A stretch of 63,839 nt of DNA, filler included, from Polymyxa betae A26-41 (GCA_003693705.1; 4 parts of 4 records of this genome joined end to end with filler, not necessarily neighbours in it); one strand, 5' to 3'. Positions 49,899-62,265 are shown, counted from the whole stretch's first letter. A program made the numbers and translations. Notes: a model not told the origin generated them from the letters alone.

Positions 49899-50420
49899 AA
49901 TGGAATTTCACCAATGGCCATGTCCTGCAAATTTATCCCAACAGTCAAAGATATCCCGGAAAGATTTAGCGAACGAAACATCCAACCTTTTAAAAGCACC
50001 GAATCAGGCGACAATCTCGAACATTGTCATTCGAAAACGTGCGGCTGATTCCGGAATACCAGCCAGGGATCTGGACCTGAAGCGCAGGCGTGTTGTCAAA
50101 AACCGCATCTCAGCTCATATTGAGCTTGACGTGATCTCACGGTACGAACCCCGTGACGTTTTCAATAGGGATGAGGCCGGCAATTTTTACTGCGTGGTCC
50201 CTGATCGGACAATTGCCTCACTTCAGCTTGAAGGCATGAAGAATGTCCACAAGAGAATGGCAGTTGCGTTTTGCCTCAACGCTGATGGGACCGAAAAAAT
50301 AGAGTTGTTCTTTATCGGCCATTATCTAATGGCAAGATGATTAAAAAGGCTTCCTGACAGCAACTTGGGTTCTATTATGTTATGCAGTTCCTGGAACTGA
50401 CAATCAGACAACGGGAAACT
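49899..50420 (+). mobile_element. Second pogo/CENP-B-like transposase remnant
   Basis: PNQATISNI helix-turn-helix, then YEPRDVFNRDEAGNFY...PDRT...KRMAVAFCLNADGTEK. Confidence 0.8.
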
Positions 50421-50881
50421 ATTAATGTATAGTTCGTATTCTAATCGATTGGACGTGTGTGTCTTCTTTCGTCTAGGTTGTTCGGACTCCGAAAAGATTA
50501 AGAGTCCCATACTCAATTAACGAGATGGGCAAACAAGATGAGCTTGTAGACAGGTTTGATTGCAAAAACTTCAATTGCTGTTCGCGCAGGATGGCCAAGA
50601 CCTGGGTGAAGTCGTTGAAATTGATCCGACAACTCTGGCGTTGAACACAGATCCCCCACTGCAAACGGCTACGACGTCTGAACGCGAAGCTAGCCGCATC
50701 ACAGCACGAGCAGACCTCAAGCCCCTCGCCAAGATAGAGATTAAATGTTTGTCATCACCTGATTCAGCATCTGGAACCGAGATCGACCCCAAAAATGCTG
50801 AAACGCGCGTCAGTGACAGCCTACTTGCAATAACCCAGTCGGGTGATTCTGCTCACACGTGACGCTTTCATCAACATTCCA

Positions 50882-50981
50882 NNNNNNNNNNNNNNNNNNN
50901 NNNNNNNNNNNNNNNNNNNNNNNNNTTAATTAATTAANNNNNNNNNNNNNNNNNNNNNNNNNNNNNNNNNNNNNNNNNNNN
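50882..50981. other. Artificial contig linker
   Basis: N44-TTAATTAATTAA-N44. Confidence 0.95.
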
Positions 50982-52574
50982 CGCGATCGTACCACGGCCC
51001 CTTCTTCTATCACTCCTAATGCGAACATAAATCAGACCTTATTCCGTCCGCAAACGTCGTGTCACCTACAGAGCCGTAGAACACGTAGTCCTGCGCTTGA
51101 AGAAGCGCCGTATACGCTTTATATTAATTGCCAGAAACGGACACGGAGTTCGCGTCACAGGCTCGGATAACTTGCGCTGACCGCAGGAAATTCCGTCAAC
51201 AGGTCCATCGAGAATCACGTCTTTATTATTTTTAGCCGATCCTTCATATATTGACAGTGAAGGACGCCACCCGTTGGCCCAATCCTACAGGGAGTTGAAC
51301 CTTGTACCTTCAAGAGGCTGTCTTTATCCCCTGCTGGTATCGCAGCTTTCTCGAACATCGCGGCTATATATCACAGCCATTCTTCGCAGCTTTTCGTAGC
51401 AGTTTTGCCGTAATTTTGCTATGTTTCCATAATGCGTCGTTGAAATTGAGTTTGCGGACTGGCTGTATTGGCTTCGGAATTTGCCTAGTTTCTGTTGTAG
51501 TTTATGGCAGTGGATTACTAGGTGCTCAAGCGTTTCGCTCTCAGTTGAACAATGTCATGCCCAAGACCCATCAATCAAGGCCAATCCGGCGCGGCCTCCG
51601 ATCCGACAGTCGCGTGCCTGGACACGCACCCGGACTTTAATCCTGTTGTTGTTTCTAACTCTCATTTTCATTCATTCTCAATACAAAGCTCTGGTTCAAC
51701 CCTCCAGAATTTCGTCTCTCATCTCGTACTTTCTTAGCTCTGTGCTTGACAAACAAAAAAGGACATGCGTCATCAGATTCAATTCCAATATTTTTCAGAT
51801 GTGATTTGCATCGAGTATGTCCTGTACGGCCTCGATTCAGGAGCGGTCTGTTGTGTTTTGTTAGGATGGGTCTGGTTTGCAGCACTATTATACCGCATTG
51901 GAATGGATTGCGCTCCGGATATCCATCAAACTGACTCGGTTTGATATCTGTGACTAAGTAGCGCTGCATCCTTTTTCATGCATATTTTCTGAGGTGTAAT
52001 CGATAGGAGCTGAGTACTGGATCATGCTGTGTCAATATTCCATCGGTTATGGCTGTTTTCGCTAATCATGACATTACTTCCTGGAATTGGTGGATACTGT
52101 ATTATTGCGAGCTAATTTGGCGAGAGTTTTTGCACAATCCTTTACAACTGCATTGACATATTGCTGTTTATAAGGGAGAGTAGCAAGTTGCTGTAGATAT
52201 GACAAGAAATCTGAAAATATATGAATTGTTGATTCTTCGGACGCAGTATCTTGTATTCATTAGCTATATACCGTATTGCAGCGCGATGATTTCCATACTG
52301 GATTGAGCCAGGAACAGATCGAAGGGGAACAAAAGTGCTCAAGACCGTTTCGGGCGCATACACGACAAACGCAACGAAACAGGTCCTGGCCGCAAATCAA
52401 GCCTATCAGAACCCTAACCGACCAAAACCCTAGACCATTGGGGTGACCGTCATTTGGAAATCCAACACTTCGAACGTTGGAGCGCTCTACGGCGAACGTA
52501 CTTTATAGAAATACAGAATTATGTGGAATTATCCCGTACTGGCCCTGTGACCCAGCCCAGGGTTGAATACAATA

Positions 52575-53736
52575 CTAAATTCGGATGGCCCAGAATGCCA
52601 TTCGGAATTCATCATCATCATCGAATCGCTCGAGCATATTGCGCCACATAAACTGGATCCAGCTATAGATGGGATCGAGAAGGTTGCTGGGGCGGTCGGT
52701 CGCGTCCACCACTTCGACGTTGATGGTCGCGGCAGCGCCTTGATAGCCACGATCAGCAGCTTCTCGCATTAGTCGTGATAGAAGTTGAGTGGCTAGCAGT
52801 GTGCTCTGTGTGTTGGCGTGAAGTACGACGGTGTTGTCGTTACGTTCGCTTCAATAGTGACGAATAAGAGTACGTTTAGGGTTTAGGGTTCTGTCGCGCT
52901 TACAGTTTCTCTGCGAACGCCACTCCAAGCAATTTGCCTTCCTGATTGATTGAAACAATCCACGGTATCGATAAATCATCCATTCGTTCTCTGATTTCTT
53001 CTGGCGATGCCGTCCACATCAGGTTACTAATCGCTTCGATATCATCTTCACAAGCTTGTCGTAACGGTATCCCGTCGTCTATTGATCCAAGCACAACATC
53101 CTCTGAAACAGATGGAAAACGGTCAGCCTGATCCGAGAGAGATTTCGCCCAAAGTTGTGCCTGAGCCGAAGCGCCGCCTTGGTAGCCCACACGGACCAGT
53201 ACGACGCCCTGGAACCCCATGCGTTCCAATAGCTGGGCATGATCGGAATCATTTGGGTCGATTATAACAACAATCTTCGTATAACCCTCCTTCTGTAGCC
53301 GATTGATAGCTTCAATATAGAGATGCTCTGAAGTAGACACTGATATAGGATCGCTTAACTTTAAGCGAATCGTAGTGCAGTTCGAGTCCGCATAGAGTCG
53401 TTCAGCTGTTATAGAAGCGTCACAATCACAATAGACAAATATAGCGTTGCTGCATGGCTCAGTTACATGGCCAACGTCTTCCTTGCAGCTTTCTGGTCGG
53501 GTACGACGCCATAGCAAAGAATGCTGGGAATGCTGTAAGAGAAGAGGCCCGCAGTAATGAGCCGCTCCGGGCCGATTTGTAAGGCGTGGGGAGAATCGCG
53601 TACCTGCAAGCCATGAGCGCGAATACAGGCTTGATCTTGGAACAGGACAAGGCAATATAGGATTTGTGATGGTGATGGCCACCGTGACGATGACGGCGAA
53701 TAAGGCGCCAGCCAATGCCACCGTGGTGCTCATCAT
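52575..53736 (-). CDS. Secreted tandem GNAT (PAT-like) protein, paralogue A (exons 53736-52904, 52848-52575; about 368 aa)
   Basis: Hydrophobic N-terminus; LQKEGYTKIVVII...LLERMGF; LRQACEDDIEAI...PWIVSINQEGKLLGVAFA. A 55-nt GT-AG intron joins ORF 52900-53736 in frame to ORF 52575-52769. Confidence 0.8.
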
Positions 53737-55658
53737 AGACGAATAATGAGAGTCCGAAATTACTGAAGGGGGGTTCGTTATACAGGATCGGAGTGGGCTG
53801 CGGCCTTTCTTGTCTACATTTAGGATTGGGTTTGGATTCGTCTTCTGTACTGAAGTTCGCTGATCTTGAGCAACAGACGTCGGTGTGCCCTAAATGCATT
53901 CGCTTAGCGTACTCAGGAGTATAGCCGTAATATCTTTCAGTCTCTCACTTCCGATTTCTTAACAGTTCATTATTCTCCCATCCTGCATAGGTAGTGTCGC
54001 CGATTCTAAGCGAGGACGAACACCCGTGTTTAAGAAATTCCAATTCGTCAAGGATCTGATTGATCGTAACATAATCACATTTTTAATACGTCTCTACTGA
54101 AAGTCATGTTGCCCATCTATTGACAAAAGTTTTCAAGTTCAAGAGTCTTATTTCCGGCGTTAGTCTTCAGGAAGGCTGTTAAGATAAGGTGCGTTGGTGT
54201 CCTGCACGCCGTTATGCAAGTGGTTATCGATTAAGTCCCATACAGATAATGTCCTATGGAAACCGCAAAGTAATTAAAATATAGAATCTTTATCGATTTA
54301 TCACCCTATCCGGTGTGTGAGTGTCTCTTGTCCAAGAATCGCTGCCCCTTCCCCGGTTTTTCAGTTTATTTCTTCAGTAAAGGCATTGGAAGTTTATTTT
54401 CGCTTTTTGCTTTGTATCTCTTTGTTAGTGGCCACGGAGTTGGGAAATGATCGTTCCAGTCACGGACTCGACGCGGATTTGGCTACATGTGCTCGATTCA
54501 AATGGAAAGTTTTTCATATTCATGATCATCCCCTTTCTCATCTTAGGGGTTTAAGCTAGGGCTTAGGGTTTCAGTCGATGCTTGATCTCCAGCCCGTCTA
54601 TGGAGCATACTCGTCTTGGGGCTCCTGTTGCAGGCTCCCTCCGCTGGCCGTTTATAGAAATTCAATTTAACCACCTGCTACGGGTGGAGGTGCTCTTACT
54701 CGAGGAATTTTGCCAGATATGAAACGATTGTTGACATGCAATAAACTCATTCAATTTTTCGAACGCAAAACTTTTGAAACCGTTTTTTTTTCATTTTGTT
54801 TTTGAAATTGTGTCAGTGACAAAGGTAATGAGCCATTCTTAAAACATTATTCGAGATTTACAATTTTTCCCGTTTAAAAGCGACAGAAGAAGAACTGAGC
54901 AGATGATCGCATTAGTCTGTAGCAGGAGATGATTGAAATCGGCGATAGGCGACAGCAAGCTGCTTTCGATATTGTCTGTTCGGGCGTATATAGCATTCAC
55001 ACCAATTTTAGATACTCTCCAACCAAAGAGCCACAGCTTGGATATGATTATCTAAGAGAGCACCAGATCAGGATAAAGCGTTTCTGGCAGATTGAACTTC
55101 GAAGACATTGGTTTTGTTTGAATGAAGCAAGCTGTCAGAAGCCCGAATGCGGCGAAGGCAGTGAAGCGGTTTGTAGGAAACCAGTAATGTTACGTCATTC
55201 ATGGACTTGTTATGTTACCCCATTCCGGGGCCGTGGCGACCTTCGAATGCTGAGGACAAGAAGGCGGCTGAATGGGTTAGGCGGCAGCAGACGATCGTGC
55301 CAGGAGGTCTATTTCCGGTTACTGTCTGTTACTGGATAATAACATGATCTCATACCGCTCCAAGTGGCAGAATACTGCTGCGCTCTCATTTTGCGAACCT
55401 GAAGATGTGAGGAAGAGGGGAGTTGAGACAAACGCCTCACGCACAATGCCTGACAGCTGTGTCATACAATAATAATACGTAACAGCTTTTTCATTTTTAT
55501 CCAAGAGACTTTGTGCTATGAGCTCAGATCTTTGTCCCTCTTGTTCCAATTCAGTTTGATACAAATTTCCTACTGAGGCTGACCTAATGTTTAATACGAA
55601 AGAATATTATACACAAAGAGTAATTGTGTTTATTGGTAAACTGCAACGTAGCCAATGT

Positions 55659-56300
55659 TCAGCAATATCGATGCAGATAGAGCATCCAGACTTCACCATC
55701 ACTGGCTTGTTTCGGCAACTTAAAATCGCCGGGTGCAGGCTCTTTCTTGAATCGCAGATATCCAAGAGCCTGACGCAGCTCATTGGCATGGTCGTCGTGC
55801 TGGTCCACGACGACAATGGCCACCTGGTACTTGGTATCGGTCAAGATCTTCATCATCTTGCCGATCAGGCGCTGGATGATCTGGCGGCGCTCGACCTCTT
55901 CAACCAGCACTTCGGGGACGAGCTGGACCAGTTCATAAGTGTGCACGATCGCTTTGATGAGGCCGTACTGGACCGTCTCTTCGTCATTGTTCAAGACGAC
56001 GTACGCGGGCAGCGGATCCTTGCGCTTCGACGGGCATCGCAATTTCGTAGGAGCGGCGACGACGGCGTCGGCGTCGGCGTTGTGCTGGACCCGTTGATGG
56101 GCGACCCGACCGGGAATGTTCTTGAGCACGGCCCGAGGAAGCGACAGACGACGGAACGATGGCGCGAATACGGGAGACGAAGTGGATGGGGCGGCCTGGG
56201 GTCGGATTGGGGTCGACGTCATCAAAGGCAGGGTGAGGTCGGCGGCCGAGGCCAGACCCAGCAGGGCCAGCACGACGCCTAGCGACGATAATGACGACAT
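55659..56300 (-). CDS. Secreted single degenerate GNAT-like protein, paralogue B (213 aa)
   Basis: Clear signal peptide MSSLSSLGVVLALLGLASA; Pro/Ser linker; RLIGKMMKILTDTKYQVAIVVVD...ALGYLRF...WMLYL aligns with the GNAT C-terminal half of A and C. Confidence 0.7.
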   Translation of the reverse strand: MSSLSSLGVVLALLGLASAADLTLPLMTSTPIRPQAAPSTSSPVFAPSFRRLSLPRAVLKNIPGRVAHQRVQHNADADAVVAAPTKLRCPSKRKDPLPAYVVLNNDEETVQYGLIKAIVHTYELVQLVPEVLVEEVERRQIIQRLIGKMMKILTDTKYQVAIVVVDQHDDHANELRQALGYLRFKKEPAPGDFKLPKQASDGEVWMLYLHRYC

Positions 56301-56689
56301 TGGAATGGAGAGATTCAGGGGGGGGGGGGTGTTGGCGATTCAGCGTGGGACTTGATGGATATGATTGGGGAAATAATGACGGAAATATCCACGGACTCCG
56401 CGAACAATCTGCGTGAACGGATCGATATTCTTGAAGGCCCCCTTTCCGACATTGATACTTATAATCAACATTGACAATCATCGGACCTTAGCAGGTAGTT
56501 CATTTGCCCCCTTCAGTGATATAACGTTCAAATTCATATCTTTTATCATATTCTGATAAAGATCTAGAATAAAGTCTTCGAGCCCTTCATTATCTGAAGC
56601 ATTATGAAAATTCTCGTCATTTTATTTGATTGTTATAGCGGAGTAGCCGAGTAGGCATCGTGCGCTATGGTATTCTGTCCGAACAATGT

Positions 56690-57931
56690 TTATTGCGTTA
56701 GACGACGACGTTCCGAGCTCCAATTCCTGGGTTGTGGAAGTTTGAGCCGATCACAGTAATAGTTCATGAGATCAAACTGCATGAACTGTAACGAACTCCA
56801 GTGATCAGATCCAGTATCAATATCATCAATAACTCCGGATCTTTTGAACCCAATCTCTTCGTACATTCGAATATCATCGTCGTGGGCCAGCTCGACCTGG
56901 ACCACGGCGGTCGCATATCCCAGCTGACTCAATGACCGCAATAGGACCTTGTAGATACGGGGTAACGCCCATTTGGAATCCACATGACGTGAAACGTGAA
57001 CGTTACAGAGAGCAGCCCATTTGTAACCCCAGAAACGTGTGGCGAACGCACACCCGACTGTATCGTTATGCTCATCACAGGCCAGTATCCACGGTAACGA
57101 TAGATCGCCCATCTGGCGCTTAATCGTCTGTGTGTAGGGGCAAGTACGGGCCGTAACCGAGTCCGGATTGATGCGAGGCTGGTAGATGTAACGAATAGTG
57201 GAGGCATCACAGTCGGCAGCAGATCGAAAGAATAGTTCGGGTTTACGTTGCGGGAAGAGATCGCTGTGAGCCGAACGGGTAACGTGATCATCTGAGCCGT
57301 GATCGTCACGTAAACGTAACGAGAAGATCTGTGCGTCTTTCCAGGCCCCTTTGACATAGTCCACATAGCGTAACATAGCACCTTGTACAAAGCCGAGCTG
57401 CTGTAACAGAATCACTTCCAGAATGTTGAAAGGATCCGTAGCGATAACAACGGTAGTGTAACGTTCACGGCGTAGAGCGTCGATAGCGTCAACTAGAAGA
57501 TCTTCGCAGTTCGGGTAGGAATCGTAAAAACTATCACAGACGAAACCCAGCCTGACTGCATCGTTACATGGAGCAGGACTGGTCGTAACGTGTTCAGCAG
57601 TAATGGTAACTTCGGCATTTTTGACGATTATAACGGGAGTTGTAGCTGTGGAAACTGTACTGCGAAGATCTCGGGTCGGCGTTTGAACCGCGACTTTCTC
57701 CTCGGCTCGGAATCGGTCTGGAAGGGATTGGGCGCGGACCAGGAGCCCGCCCGGGAGCGGTCGATGACGTCTAGGGCGAAGGTGGTGGCAGATGGCGGCG
57801 CCGGCCGGGGCGGTGAAGGAGCGGTCTAAGGTCGGGACACTGCCTGACAAGGGTCTGGAAGCGGTCAGCGATGGCTGGGCCTTAACCGAGACGACAATGG
57901 TGATGATTAGTAGGAGAGATGATAGAGACAT
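56690..57931 (-). CDS. Secreted tandem GNAT (PAT-like) protein, paralogue C (413 aa from ATG 57931)
   Basis: Signal MSLSSLLLIITIVVSVKA. Domain 1 ends LGFVQGAMLRYVDYVKGAWKD. Domain 2 reads FRSAADCDASTIRYIY...PWILA...VGCAFA...YKWAALCNVHVS...IYKVLLRSLSQLGY...MYEEIGFKRSG...W...QF. Confidence 0.85.
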   Translation of the reverse strand: MSLSSLLLIITIVVSVKAQPSLTASRPLSGSVPTLDRSFTAPAGAAICHHLRPRRHRPLPGGLLVRAQSLPDRFRAEEKVAVQTPTRDLRSTVSTATTPVIIVKNAEVTITAEHVTTSPAPCNDAVRLGFVCDSFYDSYPNCEDLLVDAIDALRRERYTTVVIATDPFNILEVILLQQLGFVQGAMLRYVDYVKGAWKDAQIFSLRLRDDHGSDDHVTRSAHSDLFPQRKPELFFRSAADCDASTIRYIYQPRINPDSVTARTCPYTQTIKRQMGDLSLPWILACDEHNDTVGCAFATRFWGYKWAALCNVHVSRHVDSKWALPRIYKVLLRSLSQLGYATAVVQVELAHDDDIRMYEEIGFKRSGVIDDIDTGSDHWSSLQFMQFDLMNYYCDRLKLPQPRNWSSERRRLTQ

Positions 57932-59521
57932 AGTGTGTGATGACGTGATGGAGGCGACCTCTTTGACAAGAATAGTCTCAGACGTGTCAATGAGCAATCA
58001 TGAGAGAGCGAAACACTGCGCGCAGTTTCTTCAGGACCCACCTGCGTCACGCAGATTCCGGAAAAACTCCTGAAAAAGAACCCAACAAGGAGGTTTTTAG
58101 TGATTACATTGCTTAAACAACACACACGACTTAAATTTTTGCTAAAAATATTTTGTGTTCTGAAGCTTAGTAGCTACCAATGATGAAGGTCGCAGAAGGG
58201 TGGCAAGAGGCGTCGTGCTGGCTCCTAATCTGCAGCAGAAGTACAGATCTAGGTATTTGGTAGCAATCTTATATTGGAAAGAAACACAACGATGAGAAGA
58301 TTCTGCTATCACATACCGTCATACGACCCGATTACTGTATATAGTGAATGCGAGGAATCTCAGGCTCTGTGCTTAACCAGCGATTAGATGCGGAAAGTAT
58401 GAAGCTTTGTCAAAACGCTCCAAACATCTCCAGCTACTATACCTAACTGTTCAGCACTGAAAGCAGGCTTGTCTCATTGTGATCAATCAATAAAGATAAT
58501 CGCTAGGTAACGGCATGTGAATCATCAACCGGTGCCAGGAAATGTTTACATGAGCTTATGGTGATTGAATACGGAATATTGCACAGGGGAGAATTATGAA
58601 TCTGCCAATTGATGGCTTCTCACGGGACCAGTAGTCCAGTACGGCCCAGCAATACACTCAAGATCAAAGCGAACAGATATTGAGAATTGAATCGGCAGCC
58701 TGGGCAGGTCACAGACCCAGCATCGTCAATAGCTGAGAGCATCTCACATACCAGAGTCACATACAGCCACTTCCAATGGAGCCGTACAACCGATCCACCA
58801 TCGGTCCGGTACGACCTGCGTGACCTGGGATGTCGATACCATCTTGATAAAGTTTCTGGTTAGGACAGGATCCGCTTGAGGACTGAAAGTAGACGTAAGC
58901 CAGCATCGTTACGTATGGAATTCATATGGATGATTTATTGCTCAACCGATAGTTAGGGCTGTTCAGAATGGGTCGCATCGAATCTTTAGAAAACGACGAT
59001 CCCTCTATGAAGATATCAGGTCGCAATTCAGATCCTTATCAAGGGAAATGTTCCAAACAACAAAACATCTCTATAATCAGCCTGTAATTTTCAATATAAA
59101 TTGTTTAATGAAAGTTGCCCTGACAAAGTTGCGGCGGGATGGGATTCATTCGGCCTATCAGCGGAAGGCTTCTCAATACCCAACGATATGAGATTCTGAA
59201 CAGAGCAAGAATGACAATTTTCGAACAGTCATGACAGCCTGCTTTCCCATTAAAATCTCCAGCATGCGATGACGACCAATCCCGATCTTAATCTGGCACA
59301 CAAAGGTCATTGGGCGGGGCCTCCCTGTGTTCGAGGATCGACACTGACGTCGCCAAGACTGACTCTGGCGTCGTTGAGGCTGGCTCCGATTGAGTCACAC
59401 TGATTGGGCATGCGACTGAGGGCTCGTCGTCGATGCCATCATTGCTGTCGATCGAATAAACCTCACTCCTTAAAACACTCTGAATCGACTAACACAACTA
59501 GATTAAGAGTCCCAGCTCTCT

Positions 59522-59621
59522 NNNNNNNNNNNNNNNNNNNNNNNNNNNNNNNNNNNNNNNNNNNNTTAATTAATTAANNNNNNNNNNNNNNNNNNNNNNN
59601 NNNNNNNNNNNNNNNNNNNNN
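59522..59621. other. Artificial contig linker
   Basis: N44-TTAATTAATTAA-N44. Confidence 0.95.
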
Positions 59622-60176
59622 ATTGGCATCATCTTGAAGATGCCGTTCGAATTCATTACGACAATGCTCGTTCCAGATTAGAAACTCTCGATCCGGACGT
59701 CCACTGCAAGTTCCTTGTTATGAACATACCAGAATTAATAACAAGCAAGTCGACGATAATTTTCGTCTTAGAACGCCATAAGTACGATCTGGGGTCGTTC
59801 AGGATGTACAAAATAACGAAAAGCCAACATCAACGCCATAATACTCGAAGTCCCTGACGGTTGGTTGCAGTTTCCAGCTTCCAGTTTCCTTCACACATCT
59901 CGTGCAGGTGGCGAGAGGCTGCTGATGTTGTGATGCACGACGTCACACTCACACCAACAGCTACTCTTGATTTTAGTGAGATCGCCGAATATTGAGCTCT
60001 GATCGTTAATGTTATACCGGAAATAGAGTTAAGCTTTCAACCTCGACGTGTCCATAGTGAGAGAGACTAAAAATATGTCTAAACAAATACGTCAGTCTTT
60101 CAAAACCCAACTACTTAAGAAACGAATCTCCAAACTTCTGCCCGAATGGCCAAAAAAGAACAGTTTACAGATCGAC

Positions 60177-61259
60177 ATGCTATCGCTTACCTCAATATTG
60201 GTCGTAATGTTAATATCAGGAATGAAATTTCCTTATAACGCTCTGTTGGATTCGTCCGGCCGCGACAACCCATTGGCTCAGAAATATCGCTCCATCTATG
60301 CTGAACAGATGTCGCTGCCCATATCAGAGCGCCGATATCTTGTATTCGATCTGGAAAGCCAAGGACTCGGCTGGGGGAACCGCCTGGAAGGGACTGCAGG
60401 CGCCTTCTTCGTCGCCCTCAACACATCGCGAATCTTTGTGATCCGAAACCATCCCTTATGGGAGACTGTCTTTGATACCGATCCGTCTGCTTCGAATCGC
60501 TGGCAGTTCCACAAAGACGATATCGAGCGCGCATCGCAGCAGTCCCAGCTCCGTCTCGATAACGATAGATTCGGGACGTTCATCCATACGGAGCCTTCCA
60601 GGTGGGAATCGCAGATTCTTCGCAACGCTTCGGTCGTGTTCGCGACGACGGCGCTGACCAGACCCATGGTCTATTCCACCGAGCTATTCCATGATGAGAA
60701 GGGGTTCTACACACAAATGGGACTGGTCCTCTCGTACCTGACTGCCTATCCATCCGACAAATTGCAGGACGGGCTTCAGCGTGCTCAGCAGCGTTTCAAT
60801 ATGTCAAGACGGGCCGAGACATTGGTCGCCGTTCAGATGCGGACCATGTTCGACGATGGTGATAACTACCAGAGGGCCATGCAGGCCCCGAAGCAGGCCG
60901 CCTTCTGGGCCTGCGTCACGACCGCCTTATCGGGCGTTGAGCCTGACAGCACTGAGATTATCTTCACCACCGATGAGCCGGCTCTGAACCAGCTCGCCAT
61001 CGACATCATGGGCCAGTACGGGCGCGTCCTGGTCAGCAACGGACCGGTCGTCCATACGGCCGATGCGAAGAACGACGAGTTTCCAGACCCGATTGCGGAC
61101 TGGTGGCTGATGGGCCAGGCCGACCGCCTGCTCTGTACCGGGACGAGTTTCTGTCATACAGCTGTCTGGAGATCCCGAAGTCATGCAGTGCCACATTTCT
61201 GGATCTTATTCAACCTGTACTCGACCTGGAAACCAGTTTGTCGCCTGATCGATGCATGA
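60177..61259 (+). CDS. Fucosyltransferase-like protein (GT37/GT23-NodZ clan), apparently intronless
   Basis: N-terminal hydrophobic anchor; GLGWGNRL, VAVQMRT, IIFTTDE and DWWLMGQADRLLCTGTSF correspond to alpha-1,2/1,6-FucT motifs. Confidence 0.75.
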   Translation: MLSLTSILVVMLISGMKFPYNALLDSSGRDNPLAQKYRSIYAEQMSLPISERRYLVFDLESQGLGWGNRLEGTAGAFFVALNTSRIFVIRNHPLWETVFDTDPSASNRWQFHKDDIERASQQSQLRLDNDRFGTFIHTEPSRWESQILRNASVVFATTALTRPMVYSTELFHDEKGFYTQMGLVLSYLTAYPSDKLQDGLQRAQQRFNMSRRAETLVAVQMRTMFDDGDNYQRAMQAPKQAAFWACVTTALSGVEPDSTEIIFTTDEPALNQLAIDIMGQYGRVLVSNGPVVHTADAKNDEFPDPIADWWLMGQADRLLCTGTSFCHTAVWRSRSHAVPHFWILFNLYSTWKPVCRLIDA

Positions 61260-62265
61260 CATCGTAATGTCTATCAGAACAATGACGTATGTTGATAAAT
61301 ACCAATCGATACTGAAAGCCAAGAAGTAACAGGCTAATCCACACCACCAGAGTAGAAAGAAGAGGATCTGGGATTGCACTCAGTTTTCAACTTGTTATCA
61401 TTCATCTCGCCAGACACAATCAGTTCAGCTGGCTCAACGCTGCAGCTTTATCCGCTTAATTCCATATCAGCATGCAGTATCAAAATTTGACCTGATCGAA
61501 GTCGTTTAATTGAGCTGTCTGACCGACTTGTGCTTCGGTGATGTAATGGGGGGAGGAGGGTTCGAATTCGAAGCCTCGAACCATATGATAATGTGGACAG
61601 TTAAATGAAAGATCAGTACAGATTAGTAAGGTTTCCATAACAAAACAATGAATTATTACAGTACACTTAGCTTGTGGATGATACCGACCTGCGTACTAGA
61701 TGGCATTTTCTCTAGGTCCACCCATCGTCTTTCGAAATCGGAATTTCATTGAAGCGGCCGTCTGTGGGTCCACTACAGCATCACAATCGACCCTTCATTT
61801 CACTTCAACTTCTATCCTCGTAGAGGAAAGAGAAGGGATTTTTGTGCCCATGTTAATATACTTCGCAACACTCCTCTTGTCCCATTACGATTACTGTGAA
61901 TTTAGTCCACCTAAACAATATCGTAAAGCGTCGCGAGCTCGGCATTTCTCCCTCCATGCGAAGGTGTCCGATGTAAAACAGCTGACATTGCCTACTTCTA
62001 CCCTGACAGGTCAAGTCGTGCTCGGCGATGATGATTCCAGCGATATCCACACGGACACCAATTGACAAGGCCTTCCACTCTGCAATTACGTTCCCTCGCT
62101 GTTGCTCTCACTAAAATATGGAACCACACAAACCCCTTTGACTTAATGCATACTCGCGGTCGATGATTCTGATGAAGTAACGGCAGATCACAGGTATTTT
62201 ATTCCTAACTATGTTTGCTTTATGTGATCGAAACGGAGCAGCTAAGCGCGAGAATCAGAAACTTG

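Noticed and set aside
55587-56282. 231-aa plus-strand ORF and other long antisense ORFs (e.g. 1924-2412, 25417-25833, 44168-44671)
   Set aside because: They shadow recognisable genes or TE ORFs on the opposite strand and have no motifs of their own.
58150-59521. Coding-like fragments upstream of GNAT paralogue C
   Set aside because: No ORF of 60 aa or more and no identifiable motif.
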